From contig SHYV01000002.1 of NCBI GenBank assembly GCA_009692605.1, positions 1-46,616 on the forward strand: a stretch of DNA of 46,616 bases. Reading direction: 5' to 3'. The notes below the pieces were generated by a model that saw only the letters and a program-made list of their open reading frames with translations, was not told the origin of the DNA and ran no database searches. The position numbers were made by a program, and so were the translations under genes. Every line of letters begins with the position of its first letter. Position 1 is the first letter of the stretch. The stretch comes from Myxococcales bacterium. Lineage in GTDB: Bacteria; Myxococcota_A; UBA796; SXON01. This document shows positions 39,772 to 46,616 of the stretch, piece by piece.

Positions 39772-41070
39772 ATGTACCTGCGGGTGATCGTTGGGGTCAG
39801 CGTCGGCGTCATCTTCGGTGTGTTGTTCGAGCAGACGCCTTGGTTGTTCGGCCTCAAGAACTCGGACCTCGGGCCGCTGGGGATGTTGGTCATCCGCGCG
39901 CTCAAGGCGCTCGCGACCCCGCTGATCCTGTTCGCCATCCTCGACTCGTTTCTGAAGACCTCGGTGTCTGCCGCGAGCGGCCTCCGACTGATCTTCGTAT
40001 GCGTCGTCAACGTGACGGTCGCGATGTGCATCGGGCTTACCGTGCTGAATACGCTGGACCCCGGTGCCAGCTGGGCGGGACGACTTGAGCTCCTGGGTGA
40101 GGCGGTGGGGGCCGGGTCGGCTGCGGCGGCCCCGGCCGCCACCCTGAGCCCGTTGAAGAACCTCGCGGGGTTTATTCCGGAGAGCGTCGTCGATCCGTTC
40201 TCGAAGAACCTCGTAATCTCGGTCGTGCTGGTGGCCGTGTTGCTTGGGGCAGCGCTGCGGCACGTCCGGGAGTCGGCGCGCGGCAAGGAGGAGCAGCGCT
40301 CTCTTTTCGCCGCCATGGCGACCGTCGAGCGCTTCGTCGAGGGTGGCTTCGCGGTGACGACGACGATGGTCCTGTGGGTCGCCGAGGCCATGCCGTTCGC
40401 CGTCGCGCTGATCATCGCCGACGTGGTCGGCAAGGCTGGGATCGGCGTGTTCAGCGTGCTCTGGACTTTTCTCACCGCGATCCTGGCCGGGCTGCTGCTG
40501 CAGTCGTTGGTCTACTACCCCGTGCTGGGCTGGCTCGTAGGTGGGTACAGCCCGGCTCGGTTCGCGAGGGCGGCGCTGGACCCGGTGGTGACTGGCTTGT
40601 CGTGCAACTCCAGCCTCGCGACGATGCCGGTGACGTTGCGGGCCCTGGAGCGGCTGGGCGTACGGCAGAAGTCCGCGCGGCTATCGGCGTGTGTAGGCAC
40701 GAACTTTAACAATGACGGTGTGATGCTCTACGAGGCGATGGCGACGCTGTTCTTGTGCCAGGCTCTGGGCTACACGCTGTCGGTCTCGCAGCAGATCACC
40801 GTCGTGTTGGCCTCGATCATGGCGGGCGTCGGCATTGCGGGGATCCCAGAGGCGGGGCTGATCGTGCTGCCGCTGGTCCTCGCCGCTGCCGGGATCCCCG
40901 AGGCCGCCATCGCGGTGGTCGTGCCGCTGATCGTACCGGTGGACTGGATCATCGCGCGGGTGCGCTCCGGGGTCAACGTGCTCGCCGACATGGTGGTCGC
41001 GATGGTGCTCGACCGGTTTGAGCCGGCGGACCCTGAGCTGGTCGGTGCGGTTGCGCCCGAGCAGTCCTGA
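39772..41070 (+). CDS. Dicarboxylate/amino acid:cation symporter (DAACS family, 432 aa)
   Basis: The internal ATG gives MYLRVIVGVSVGVIFGVLF. Motifs are LIRALKALATPLILFAILDS, SCNSSLATMPVT, GTNFNNDGVMLYEAMATLF and GIAGIPEAGLIVLPLVL. The 58 upstream codons of the listed ORF overlap the preceding gene. Confidence 0.85.
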   Translation: MYLRVIVGVSVGVIFGVLFEQTPWLFGLKNSDLGPLGMLVIRALKALATPLILFAILDSFLKTSVSAASGLRLIFVCVVNVTVAMCIGLTVLNTLDPGASWAGRLELLGEAVGAGSAAAAPAATLSPLKNLAGFIPESVVDPFSKNLVISVVLVAVLLGAALRHVRESARGKEEQRSLFAAMATVERFVEGGFAVTTTMVLWVAEAMPFAVALIIADVVGKAGIGVFSVLWTFLTAILAGLLLQSLVYYPVLGWLVGGYSPARFARAALDPVVTGLSCNSSLATMPVTLRALERLGVRQKSARLSACVGTNFNNDGVMLYEAMATLFLCQALGYTLSVSQQITVVLASIMAGVGIAGIPEAGLIVLPLVLAAAGIPEAAIAVVVPLIVPVDWIIARVRSGVNVLADMVVAMVLDRFEPADPELVGAVAPEQS

Positions 41071-41091
41071 GCGCCGCGAGCGCGATCCCGG

Positions 41092-42123
41092 TCATCCCCG
41101 CCGGGCACGAAAGTCGGTCACCGCCCGGGCCAACCCGTCGATCAGCGACGTCGCCGCGAACCACCCGGTTTGCGTCCGCATTCGGCCCGAATCCAGCACC
41201 TTTCTCGGCATTCCATCTGGTTTGTCGCCGTCCCATCCAAGCTCGCCCATGAACCCCACCGCGCCGGCCACCGACTCCGCGATCTCGAGCACGGGCGTCT
41301 CCCGTCCGCTCCCAAGGTTGAACGCGCGCGGCCAGGGGCCCATGCCCGGCCCGGCCCCCGTCTCCAGCAGGCGGACGACTCCCTCGGCGCAGTCTCGCAC
41401 GTAGAGCAGATCACGTGTCGCGCGGCCTGTCCCCCAGACGATGACCTGACCGGCGTTGGCGATGCGGGCTGCCTCGAAGCGCCTGATCAGCGCGGCGACG
41501 ACGTGTGAGCTGTGCTCTTCGTAATCATCTCCGGGGCCGTAGAGGTTGGTAGGCACCGCGAACGCGCAGTCGAGCCCGTATTCGTGGGCGTAGCCTTCGC
41601 CCTGCACGAGCATCAGGCGCTTGGCGTGGCCGTATGCGGCGTTGGTCGGCTCGGGTTCTCCGTCGCCGATGTCCGGCTCGCGCATCGGCTGGTTGACCCG
41701 GCCGGGGTAGGCGCACGCGCTGGACACCCCGACATACCGCCGCACCCGGGCGAGTCGCGCTGCCTCGATGGCGCTGGTGTTCACGAGGACGTTGTCGGTG
41801 CAAGACGTGCCCGGGTGGGCTCGCATGAAGCCGATACCGCCCCCTGTGGCGGCGCAGTGGACGAGGTAGTCGGGGCGGAGGTCGGCGAGCGCGTGGGAGG
41901 CGCGCCGGACGTCAGCGAGGTCCACCTCGTCGCGGGCGGGGGCGACGACGTGCGCGCCCCGCCCGCACAGCAATTCGACTACTTGGCGGCCGAGGAACCC
42001 CCTTCCGCCGGTCACGACCACCCGTGCGCCGCGCAGGTCGGCAGCGCCAGGCTCCACGGCGGCGGCTTCGACAGCGCCGTTGCCTGCTGCGGGGGCGGGC
42101 TCGTCAGTCAGCGGGATCCTCAT
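41092..42123 (-). CDS. fcl: GDP-L-fucose synthase-like NAD(P)-dependent epimerase/reductase
   Basis: The Rossmann motif is VVVTGGRGFLGRQV. Other motifs are SSACAYPG, the catalytic YGHAKR (YxxxK), NLYGPGDDYEEHSSHVVAALIRRF and VIVWGTGRATRDLLYVRDCA, the pattern of Fcl/WcaG enzymes. The N-terminal 30 aa may not be translated. Confidence 0.72.
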   Translation of the reverse strand: MRIPLTDEPAPAAGNGAVEAAAVEPGAADLRGARVVVTGGRGFLGRQVVELLCGRGAHVVAPARDEVDLADVRRASHALADLRPDYLVHCAATGGGIGFMRAHPGTSCTDNVLVNTSAIEAARLARVRRYVGVSSACAYPGRVNQPMREPDIGDGEPEPTNAAYGHAKRLMLVQGEGYAHEYGLDCAFAVPTNLYGPGDDYEEHSSHVVAALIRRFEAARIANAGQVIVWGTGRATRDLLYVRDCAEGVVRLLETGAGPGMGPWPRAFNLGSGRETPVLEIAESVAGAVGFMGELGWDGDKPDGMPRKVLDSGRMRTQTGWFAATSLIDGLARAVTDFRARRG

Positions 42124-43486
42124 TGTTGTAGAGCCTGAATTCCACGCGGCGGTTCTGGGCGCGGCCGGCGTCCGTGACGTTGTCCGACACCGGCACGGTC
42201 TCGCCGAAGCCGACGGACCGCATGCGCTCCGTCCCTAGCTCGTTTTGCAGGAACCAGTCCATGACCGCCAGAGCCCGCCGGTCGGACAGGTCCAGGTTGA
42301 ACGCGTCATCGCCGACATCGTCGGTGTGCCCCTGAATCTCGAAGTTCAGCTCCGGGTACTGCTGGAACACCGACAGCGCCTCGTAGAGGGTCGTGAAGCT
42401 GGCTGGCCGGATGATCGCCTTGTTGGTCTCGAACGTGATCCCGGGGATGACGCCCGAGAACTTTCGGACTTCGGTGGGCAGCTCATCCGGGCACCCGTCG
42501 CCGTCGAGGTAGCCGTTCAGCGTCTCCGGCTCATCGGGACACCGGTCGCGCTTGTCCGAGACCCCGTCATCGTCGTTGTCCTTGTCCGGGCAGCCGTCGT
42601 CGTCTGCAAACCCGTCGAAGTCCTCGGCGTTGTCCGGGCAACGGTCGCGCTTGTCCTTGATGCCGTCGCTGTCGTTGTCGGGGTCCGGGCAGCCGTCTTC
42701 GTCATCAAACCCGTCCTTGTCTTCTTTGTCGTCGGGGCACTTGTCCTTCTTGTCCTTGATGCCGTCGCCGTCGTTGTCGGGGTCGGGGCAGCCGTCGTCG
42801 TCCTCGAACCGGTCACGGTCCTCGGGGTCCTCTGGGCAGTCGTCGACGTCGTTCTTGATGCCGTCGTGGTCGAGGTCTGGAGGCGTCTCTTGCCGGAAGT
42901 CGATGCCGATGGTCCACTCGAGGTTCTGGAAGGAGTCGGACTGGTCGAACTGGCTGTCCGGGCCGAACGAGCCGTACCAGCGCAGGTCGGTGCGGATGTG
43001 GAAGGGGCCGACCGCGTGGAGGATCAGGCCGGGCCCGCCGTTCATCACGAAGTCCTGCGAGGGGTTGACGTACAGCGCGCGGTCCTGCGCGTCAGGCTGG
43101 TCGCTCACCGAGTCGCGCTCGACGGTCACGAACTGCTCGCCCGCGCCGAAGCCCAGAAACAGGTCGGCGCGCGCGTTGGGCGTCAGGTGGATCAGCAGGC
43201 TCGCGCGCGGATTGTACGCGTGGTACACGATCCCCAGATCGCGGGTGCGCCCCTCGATCCGGCCGATTTCCCCCTCGATGTCAAAGGTGTCGATGAGCCG
43301 AACGCCGAGCCGGATCACCTCGGTCATGCCGCCTTCCAGCGGGTTGTCTGCGGGTGTGGACAGCAGGCCCACGGCGACGCCGCCGGTGGCGCTCACCGGC
43401 GTCTGGTCAGGCTGTGCTCTTGACCCCGCGGAGGCAGGGGCGGCGAGGGCGAGGACGAGGTTGAGGAGCGGGGACACGTGGACCAA
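42104..43486 (-). CDS. OmpA-family outer-membrane protein with thrombospondin type-3 (TSP3) calcium-binding repeats
   Basis: A signal peptide and N-terminal barrel-like region are present. About eight D-x-D-x-D-G-x-x-D-x-x-D-x-C-P repeats follow (DNDGDGIKDKKDKCPD...). The C-terminal OmpA domain has NFEIQGHTDDVGDDAFNLDLSDRRA...RAQNRRVEF. The start is TTG 43486 or GTG 43477. The 3' end overlaps the fcl-like start by 20 nt. Confidence 0.85.
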   Translation of the reverse strand: MVHVSPLLNLVLALAAPASAGSRAQPDQTPVSATGGVAVGLLSTPADNPLEGGMTEVIRLGVRLIDTFDIEGEIGRIEGRTRDLGIVYHAYNPRASLLIHLTPNARADLFLGFGAGEQFVTVERDSVSDQPDAQDRALYVNPSQDFVMNGGPGLILHAVGPFHIRTDLRWYGSFGPDSQFDQSDSFQNLEWTIGIDFRQETPPDLDHDGIKNDVDDCPEDPEDRDRFEDDDGCPDPDNDGDGIKDKKDKCPDDKEDKDGFDDEDGCPDPDNDSDGIKDKRDRCPDNAEDFDGFADDDGCPDKDNDDDGVSDKRDRCPDEPETLNGYLDGDGCPDELPTEVRKFSGVIPGITFETNKAIIRPASFTTLYEALSVFQQYPELNFEIQGHTDDVGDDAFNLDLSDRRALAVMDWFLQNELGTERMRSVGFGETVPVSDNVTDAGRAQNRRVEFRLYNNEDPAD

Positions 43487-43516
43487 GGGATCCTATCCGG
43501 CATAGACCCGGTCGCC

Positions 43517-45334
43517 ATGCCCACCCTCGAAGAGCAAGCGGACGGCCTTCCGGCCGAGCCCGGCGTGTACCTCTGGAAGGACGCGGACGGCGTGGTGCTC
43601 TACGTGGGCAAGGCTGTCAGCCTGCGCGCGAGGGTGAAGCAGTACCTCGGCGGGCACGACGGTCGCTATATGGTCCCGTTTCTGGTCAATCAGGCGGTGC
43701 GTATCGAGACCATTCAGGTCCGCACGGAGAAGGAGGCCCTTCTTCTGGAAAACTCGCTGATCAAGCAGCACCGGCCCCGCTACAACATCAAGCTCCGCGA
43801 CGACAAGAACTTCCTTCATGTCCGCATCGACCCGCGGTCGGAGTGGCCGCGATTCTCGTTGGTGCGGCGCCCCAAAGATGACGGCGCGAAGTACTTTGGC
43901 CCTTACCACTCCGCCACCACGGCTCGTCGCACGCTGCAGTTCGTCCAGCGCAGCTTCCCGCTTCGAACCTGCACCGACGCGGTGCTGCGGTCTCGCAAGA
44001 AGCCCTGCCTGATGCACCAACTGAAGCGGTGCATCGCCCCTTGTGTCGCCCTTTGCACGATCGAGGAGTACGAGGCGGTCCTGCAAGACGCCGTGCTGTT
44101 CCTCGGCGGCCGGGACCGCGAGCTTCAGGGGCGCTTGACGGTCAAGATGGGGGTGTTGGCGGATGAGGAGCGGTTCGAGGAGGCGGCGCGGGTGCGCGAC
44201 CTGCTGACGGCGGTCCGCGCCAGCCTGGACCGACAGGTCGTCGCCGACGTCCGCATGGGCGACCGGGATGTCTGGGGCTTGCACCGGGAAGGCGACCGGG
44301 GCGCGATCGCGTGCATGCCGGTGCGGGGCGGGCTGGCGCGGGAGCCGATGGTCTTCCCGTTCTCGGGCGAGCTCGCCGAAGACGCTGAGGTGCTGACCGC
44401 GACCTTGAACCGGTGGTACAGCGAGGAGGGGACAGCTCCGCCTGAGGTGCTGGTGCCCGAGGAGCTTCCGGCGGTGATCACGGAGATTTTGAGTGAGCTG
44501 CGGGGTCTGGTGGTCCGGGTGCTGGTCCCCCAGCGCGGCGACAAATCGCGGCTGGTGGAGATCGCGACCAACGCCGCCAGGTCACGCTTCGCGGTGGACC
44601 ACGGCGAGGAAGACCGCATTCAGCGTGCGCTCGACGGCATCGCCGAGATCGCCCAACTTGACGCGCCGCCTTCGCGGATCGAGTGCTTCGACAACTCGAA
44701 CCTGCTCGGGATGGACCCGGTGGCGTCACAGGTCGTGTTCATCGACGGAAAGCCTTCGCGAAAGGACTACCGGCGGTACAAGGTCAAGACGGTCATCGGG
44801 GCCGACGATTACGCGACGATGGAGGAGATCCTGCGCCGCAGGCTCACCCGTGCGATGGAGAGCGGGGAGTTCCCCGACCTCATCGTGGTGGACGGCGGTC
44901 GAGGCCAGCTCAACTCGGCGTTGGCTGTGCTCACCGAGCTCGGGCTCGAACAGCAGCCGGTGATCGGGCTGGCTAAGCCACGAACCGAGCGCAAGCGCGG
45001 CGACCGCGACGCCGTCGACAAGATCGTGCTGCCCTGGGAGCCGGAACCGGTGGTGCTTCGCTACGACGACCCCGCGCTCCGGCTTTTGCAGCACCTTCGG
45101 GATGAGGCCCATGACACCGCGGTGGGTTTCCACCGCAAGACACGGTCAGCGCGCACGGTGCGGAGCGCCTTGGAGGACCTTCCCGGCGTGGGGCCGGCCC
45201 GCCGGAAGGCCCTGCTGCTCCATTTCGGGTCGATGGCGGCGATGCGCGCGGCGGACGTCGCTACGCTGGCGCTCGCCCCCGGCGTGGGGCCGAAGCTGGC
45301 CCAGACGCTCTGGACGGCGTTGCATCCGGGGTAG
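43517..45334 (+). CDS. uvrC: Excinuclease ABC subunit C (605 aa)
   Basis: The GIY-YIG motif is PGVYLWKDADGVVLYVGKAVSLRARVKQY...LENSLIKQHRPRYN. A UVR domain is present (ERFEEAARVRDLL). The endonuclease region is IECFDNSN...PDLIVVDGGRGQL. The C-terminal (HhH)2 is LEDLPGVGPARRKALL. I chose ATG 43517 (MPTLEE...) over the listed GTG 43478. Confidence 0.9.
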   Translation: MPTLEEQADGLPAEPGVYLWKDADGVVLYVGKAVSLRARVKQYLGGHDGRYMVPFLVNQAVRIETIQVRTEKEALLLENSLIKQHRPRYNIKLRDDKNFLHVRIDPRSEWPRFSLVRRPKDDGAKYFGPYHSATTARRTLQFVQRSFPLRTCTDAVLRSRKKPCLMHQLKRCIAPCVALCTIEEYEAVLQDAVLFLGGRDRELQGRLTVKMGVLADEERFEEAARVRDLLTAVRASLDRQVVADVRMGDRDVWGLHREGDRGAIACMPVRGGLAREPMVFPFSGELAEDAEVLTATLNRWYSEEGTAPPEVLVPEELPAVITEILSELRGLVVRVLVPQRGDKSRLVEIATNAARSRFAVDHGEEDRIQRALDGIAEIAQLDAPPSRIECFDNSNLLGMDPVASQVVFIDGKPSRKDYRRYKVKTVIGADDYATMEEILRRRLTRAMESGEFPDLIVVDGGRGQLNSALAVLTELGLEQQPVIGLAKPRTERKRGDRDAVDKIVLPWEPEPVVLRYDDPALRLLQHLRDEAHDTAVGFHRKTRSARTVRSALEDLPGVGPARRKALLLHFGSMAAMRAADVATLALAPGVGPKLAQTLWTALHPG

Positions 45335-45439
45335 GACCTGTCGGGGCTACTCGCCGTTGAACTCAAAGTTGTCGATCGAGATCCACATTGAGCCGTCATT
45401 CGAGCTTGGTGTGGTGTGGTCGTTATCGAGGAGGAAGGC

Positions 45440-46058
45440 TTAGGAGATCCAGGTAATGGAGTCGCCGATGAGCGACTCGTCGAAGTTGTAGGTCAGGTGC
45501 TCGTCCAGGTGCCCTGCTGCGTCGGCCGCGCTCGGGATCTCCTCGCTCTGAGTTTCAACCCACCCATCGGTGTACCAAATTACCTTGACGCTGGCCTCGT
45601 AGTACCCGGCGATGGGGTCGAACTCGCCACGGAGGTCCGTCGACACCGTGGCGTATACACAGAGATCCTGAAGCGGTTCGCTGTACGAGTCGGGGGCGGA
45701 GAGGGTGCAGGATGTGTCGTCCTCTGCGGCGACGGACGCTCCCCATGCGGTCGACCCGTCCACCTCGCCCAGAAAACACCCGGTGAACGACTCTTCGATG
45801 TCGCCTGGCGTGGCCTCGATGTCGACCTCCGGCCGCCAATCTTCGAGATCTCCGTCGAAGTCCTGCCGCATGGTCAGGCTGATGCATTCATCGACGTCAG
45901 AGTCGGTGTCTGTGTCAGCGTCGGTGTCTGTGTCACCGGTGTCGGGTACGCAGGCCCCACCCATCGCGTGCGAGCTGGGGTCGCAATTGCGGTCAGCAGT
46001 GCAGGAGGTGAGGCTGAGGGGGACGGAGCAGCACCAGTACCGAGGTGCGAGCGAGCAT
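45440..46058 (-). pseudogene. Acidic lipoprotein gene with a 5' frameshift (and an in-frame TAA followed by a coding-like 30-codon extension to 45347)
   Basis: ATG 46058 gives MLARTSVLVLL..., then hits a stop after 21 codons. The +1 frame continues SVPLSLTSC (lipobox) TADRNC...MGGACVPDTGDTDTDADTDTDSD... into ORF 45440..45964. That frame has no ATG/GTG/TTG between the TGA at 46058-46060 and 45964. See the findings. Confidence 0.5.
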
Positions 46059-46252
46059 CAGGTCGAGGGCTCCGGGTTGATCTCAAACGGGCTGAGCAGG
46101 GCGTCGGACTCGCTGCGTTCGAGCCAGTCGAAGTCGGTCATCACCGGAGGTTGCGTGCTCGGTGCGGCCGGCAGCGGCGCCTCTGCGGTCAGCTCGACCG
46201 TGGCTTCATCGGGCTGCGGCTCTACGCAAAAAACGGAGGGGTCTACCAGCAT
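46058..46252 (-). CDS. Small hypothetical protein (64 aa from ATG 46252)
   Basis: GC3 is high from the second ATG (MLVDPSVFCVEPQPDEATVELTAEAPLPAAPSTQPPVMTDFDWLERSESDALLSPFEINPEPST). The first 23 codons of the listed 87-aa ORF have low GC3. The stop overlaps the downstream ATG (TGATG). Confidence 0.3.
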   Translation of the reverse strand: MLVDPSVFCVEPQPDEATVELTAEAPLPAAPSTQPPVMTDFDWLERSESDALLSPFEINPEPST

Positions 46253-46418
46253 TTGGACTCTTTGCTGGGCCGGTGCTAACAGAGGTCCGCCAGATAGGCA
46301 AGAAAGCGCACACTTCACCATTCAGCGCACATCCAGTAGCGCGACCGTGACCCCCGCGGGGCGTCAGGTGACGGTGGTGCGGGGGCAGCCAACCCGAAGG
46401 CGCGGGGGAATCGCCCCA

Positions 46419-46616
46419 TCACCCCCCTTTCAGGCCCCCGTGGCGGACCACGACGCCATCGACCAGAAACACCACCATCTCGGCGACGTTGCAGGCATGG
46501 TCTGCCACGCGCTCGAGGTTTCGCGAGACGCTCGACCAGGCGATGGTTCGCTCCAACTGGTCCGGGTGGTCCTTTGCGATCTGGATCATCCGCCGCAGGA
46601 TGTCGCCGTGCAGTTG
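46419..46616 (-). CDS. phoU: Phosphate signalling regulator PhoU, C-terminal 65 codons (the gene starts beyond the right edge)
   Basis: The reverse complement from 46616 reads QLHGDILRRMIQIAKDHPDQLERTIAWSSVSRNLERVADHACNVAEMVVFLVDGVVVRHGGLKGG*. The R-N-L-E-R-x-x-D-H-A-x-N-x-A-E segment is the hallmark PhoU repeat motif. Confidence 0.8.
   Translation of the reverse strand, partial: QLHGDILRRMIQIAKDHPDQLERTIAWSSVSRNLERVADHACNVAEMVVFLVDGVVVRHGGLKGG

Noticed and set aside
43484-43500. GGGATCCTATCCGG between the ompA-like gene and uvrC looked like a possible second copy of the palindromic element arm (GGGGATCCTACCC).
   Set aside because: Only one half-site is present, with mismatches and no inverted partner. 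A chance match is the most likely explanation.
46058-46060. An in-frame TGA lies between the 87-aa ORF and the 174-aa ORF. I considered selenocysteine or programmed readthrough.
   Set aside because: The TGA overlaps an ATG (TGATG) that opens a good signal peptide in the adjacent frame. I noticed no SECIS-like hairpin immediately downstream. Termination-reinitiation plus a frameshift explains the data better.
46322-46418. I considered G/C-rich palindromic bits downstream of phoU (for example GACCCCCGCGGGGCGTC at about 46348-46364) as a terminator.
   Set aside because: The stem is imperfect with a 3-nt loop and no U-tract, so it cannot be supported from sequence alone.

Overview
This is a high-GC (about 70% by eye) bacterial chromosomal window. 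The gene content points to Myxococcota (inference): a Ser/Thr kinase with a PEGA tail, several PEGA/TPR exported proteins, a MYXO-CTERM-like sorting tail, an OmpA protein with thrombospondin-type-3 repeats, a GldG-type ABC transporter and many lipoproteins. About 40 protein-coding genes can be supported. I recognised no rRNA, tRNA, CRISPR array, transposase or integrase. Many long ORFs in the supplied track are antisense shadow ORFs typical of high-GC DNA, and several true starts are internal to the listed ORFs. Recognisable genes are a divergent UvrA-family ATPase, uvrC, a phoU 3' end, a hybrid histidine kinase, a DAACS symporter, a GDP-fucose-synthase-like epimerase, an M50B-like peptidase, a class I methyltransferase, a YfbK-like VWA lipoprotein and an ABC ATPase/ABC-2 permease/GldG-like/DUF4340 operon followed by a sulfatase-like enzyme and an EF-hand lipoprotein. 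Five observations stand out. (1) A 69-nt perfect nested palindrome (four alternating copies of an 11-mer, four GGATCC sites) sits in-frame inside the UvrA-family gene. It looks like an RPE/MITE-type insertion into a conserved protein. (2) A tightly coupled five-gene exported operon (18165-24905) is built around a clear lysyl-oxidase (LOX) homologue with the copper-binding His triad and the LTQ Lys/Tyr conserved. Its partners are a GH31 hydrolase, a Cys-rich/Pro-Ala-rich/TPR protein, a small barrel-like protein and an M14 carboxypeptidase. (3) At least three exported-protein genes have disrupted reading frames, and one also has an in-frame TAA followed by 30 codons with coding-type GC3. These are either pseudogenes or assembly indels. 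(4) There are many perfect in-frame tandem repeats (12/15/18 bp) in exported proteins, including one inside a signal peptide. (5) There is an intergenic 5 x 15-bp GATC-containing tandem array, and an operator-like 12-bp palindrome in front of a 59-codon ORF that is missing from the track. All functional calls rest on by-eye motif recognition. No database search was run.
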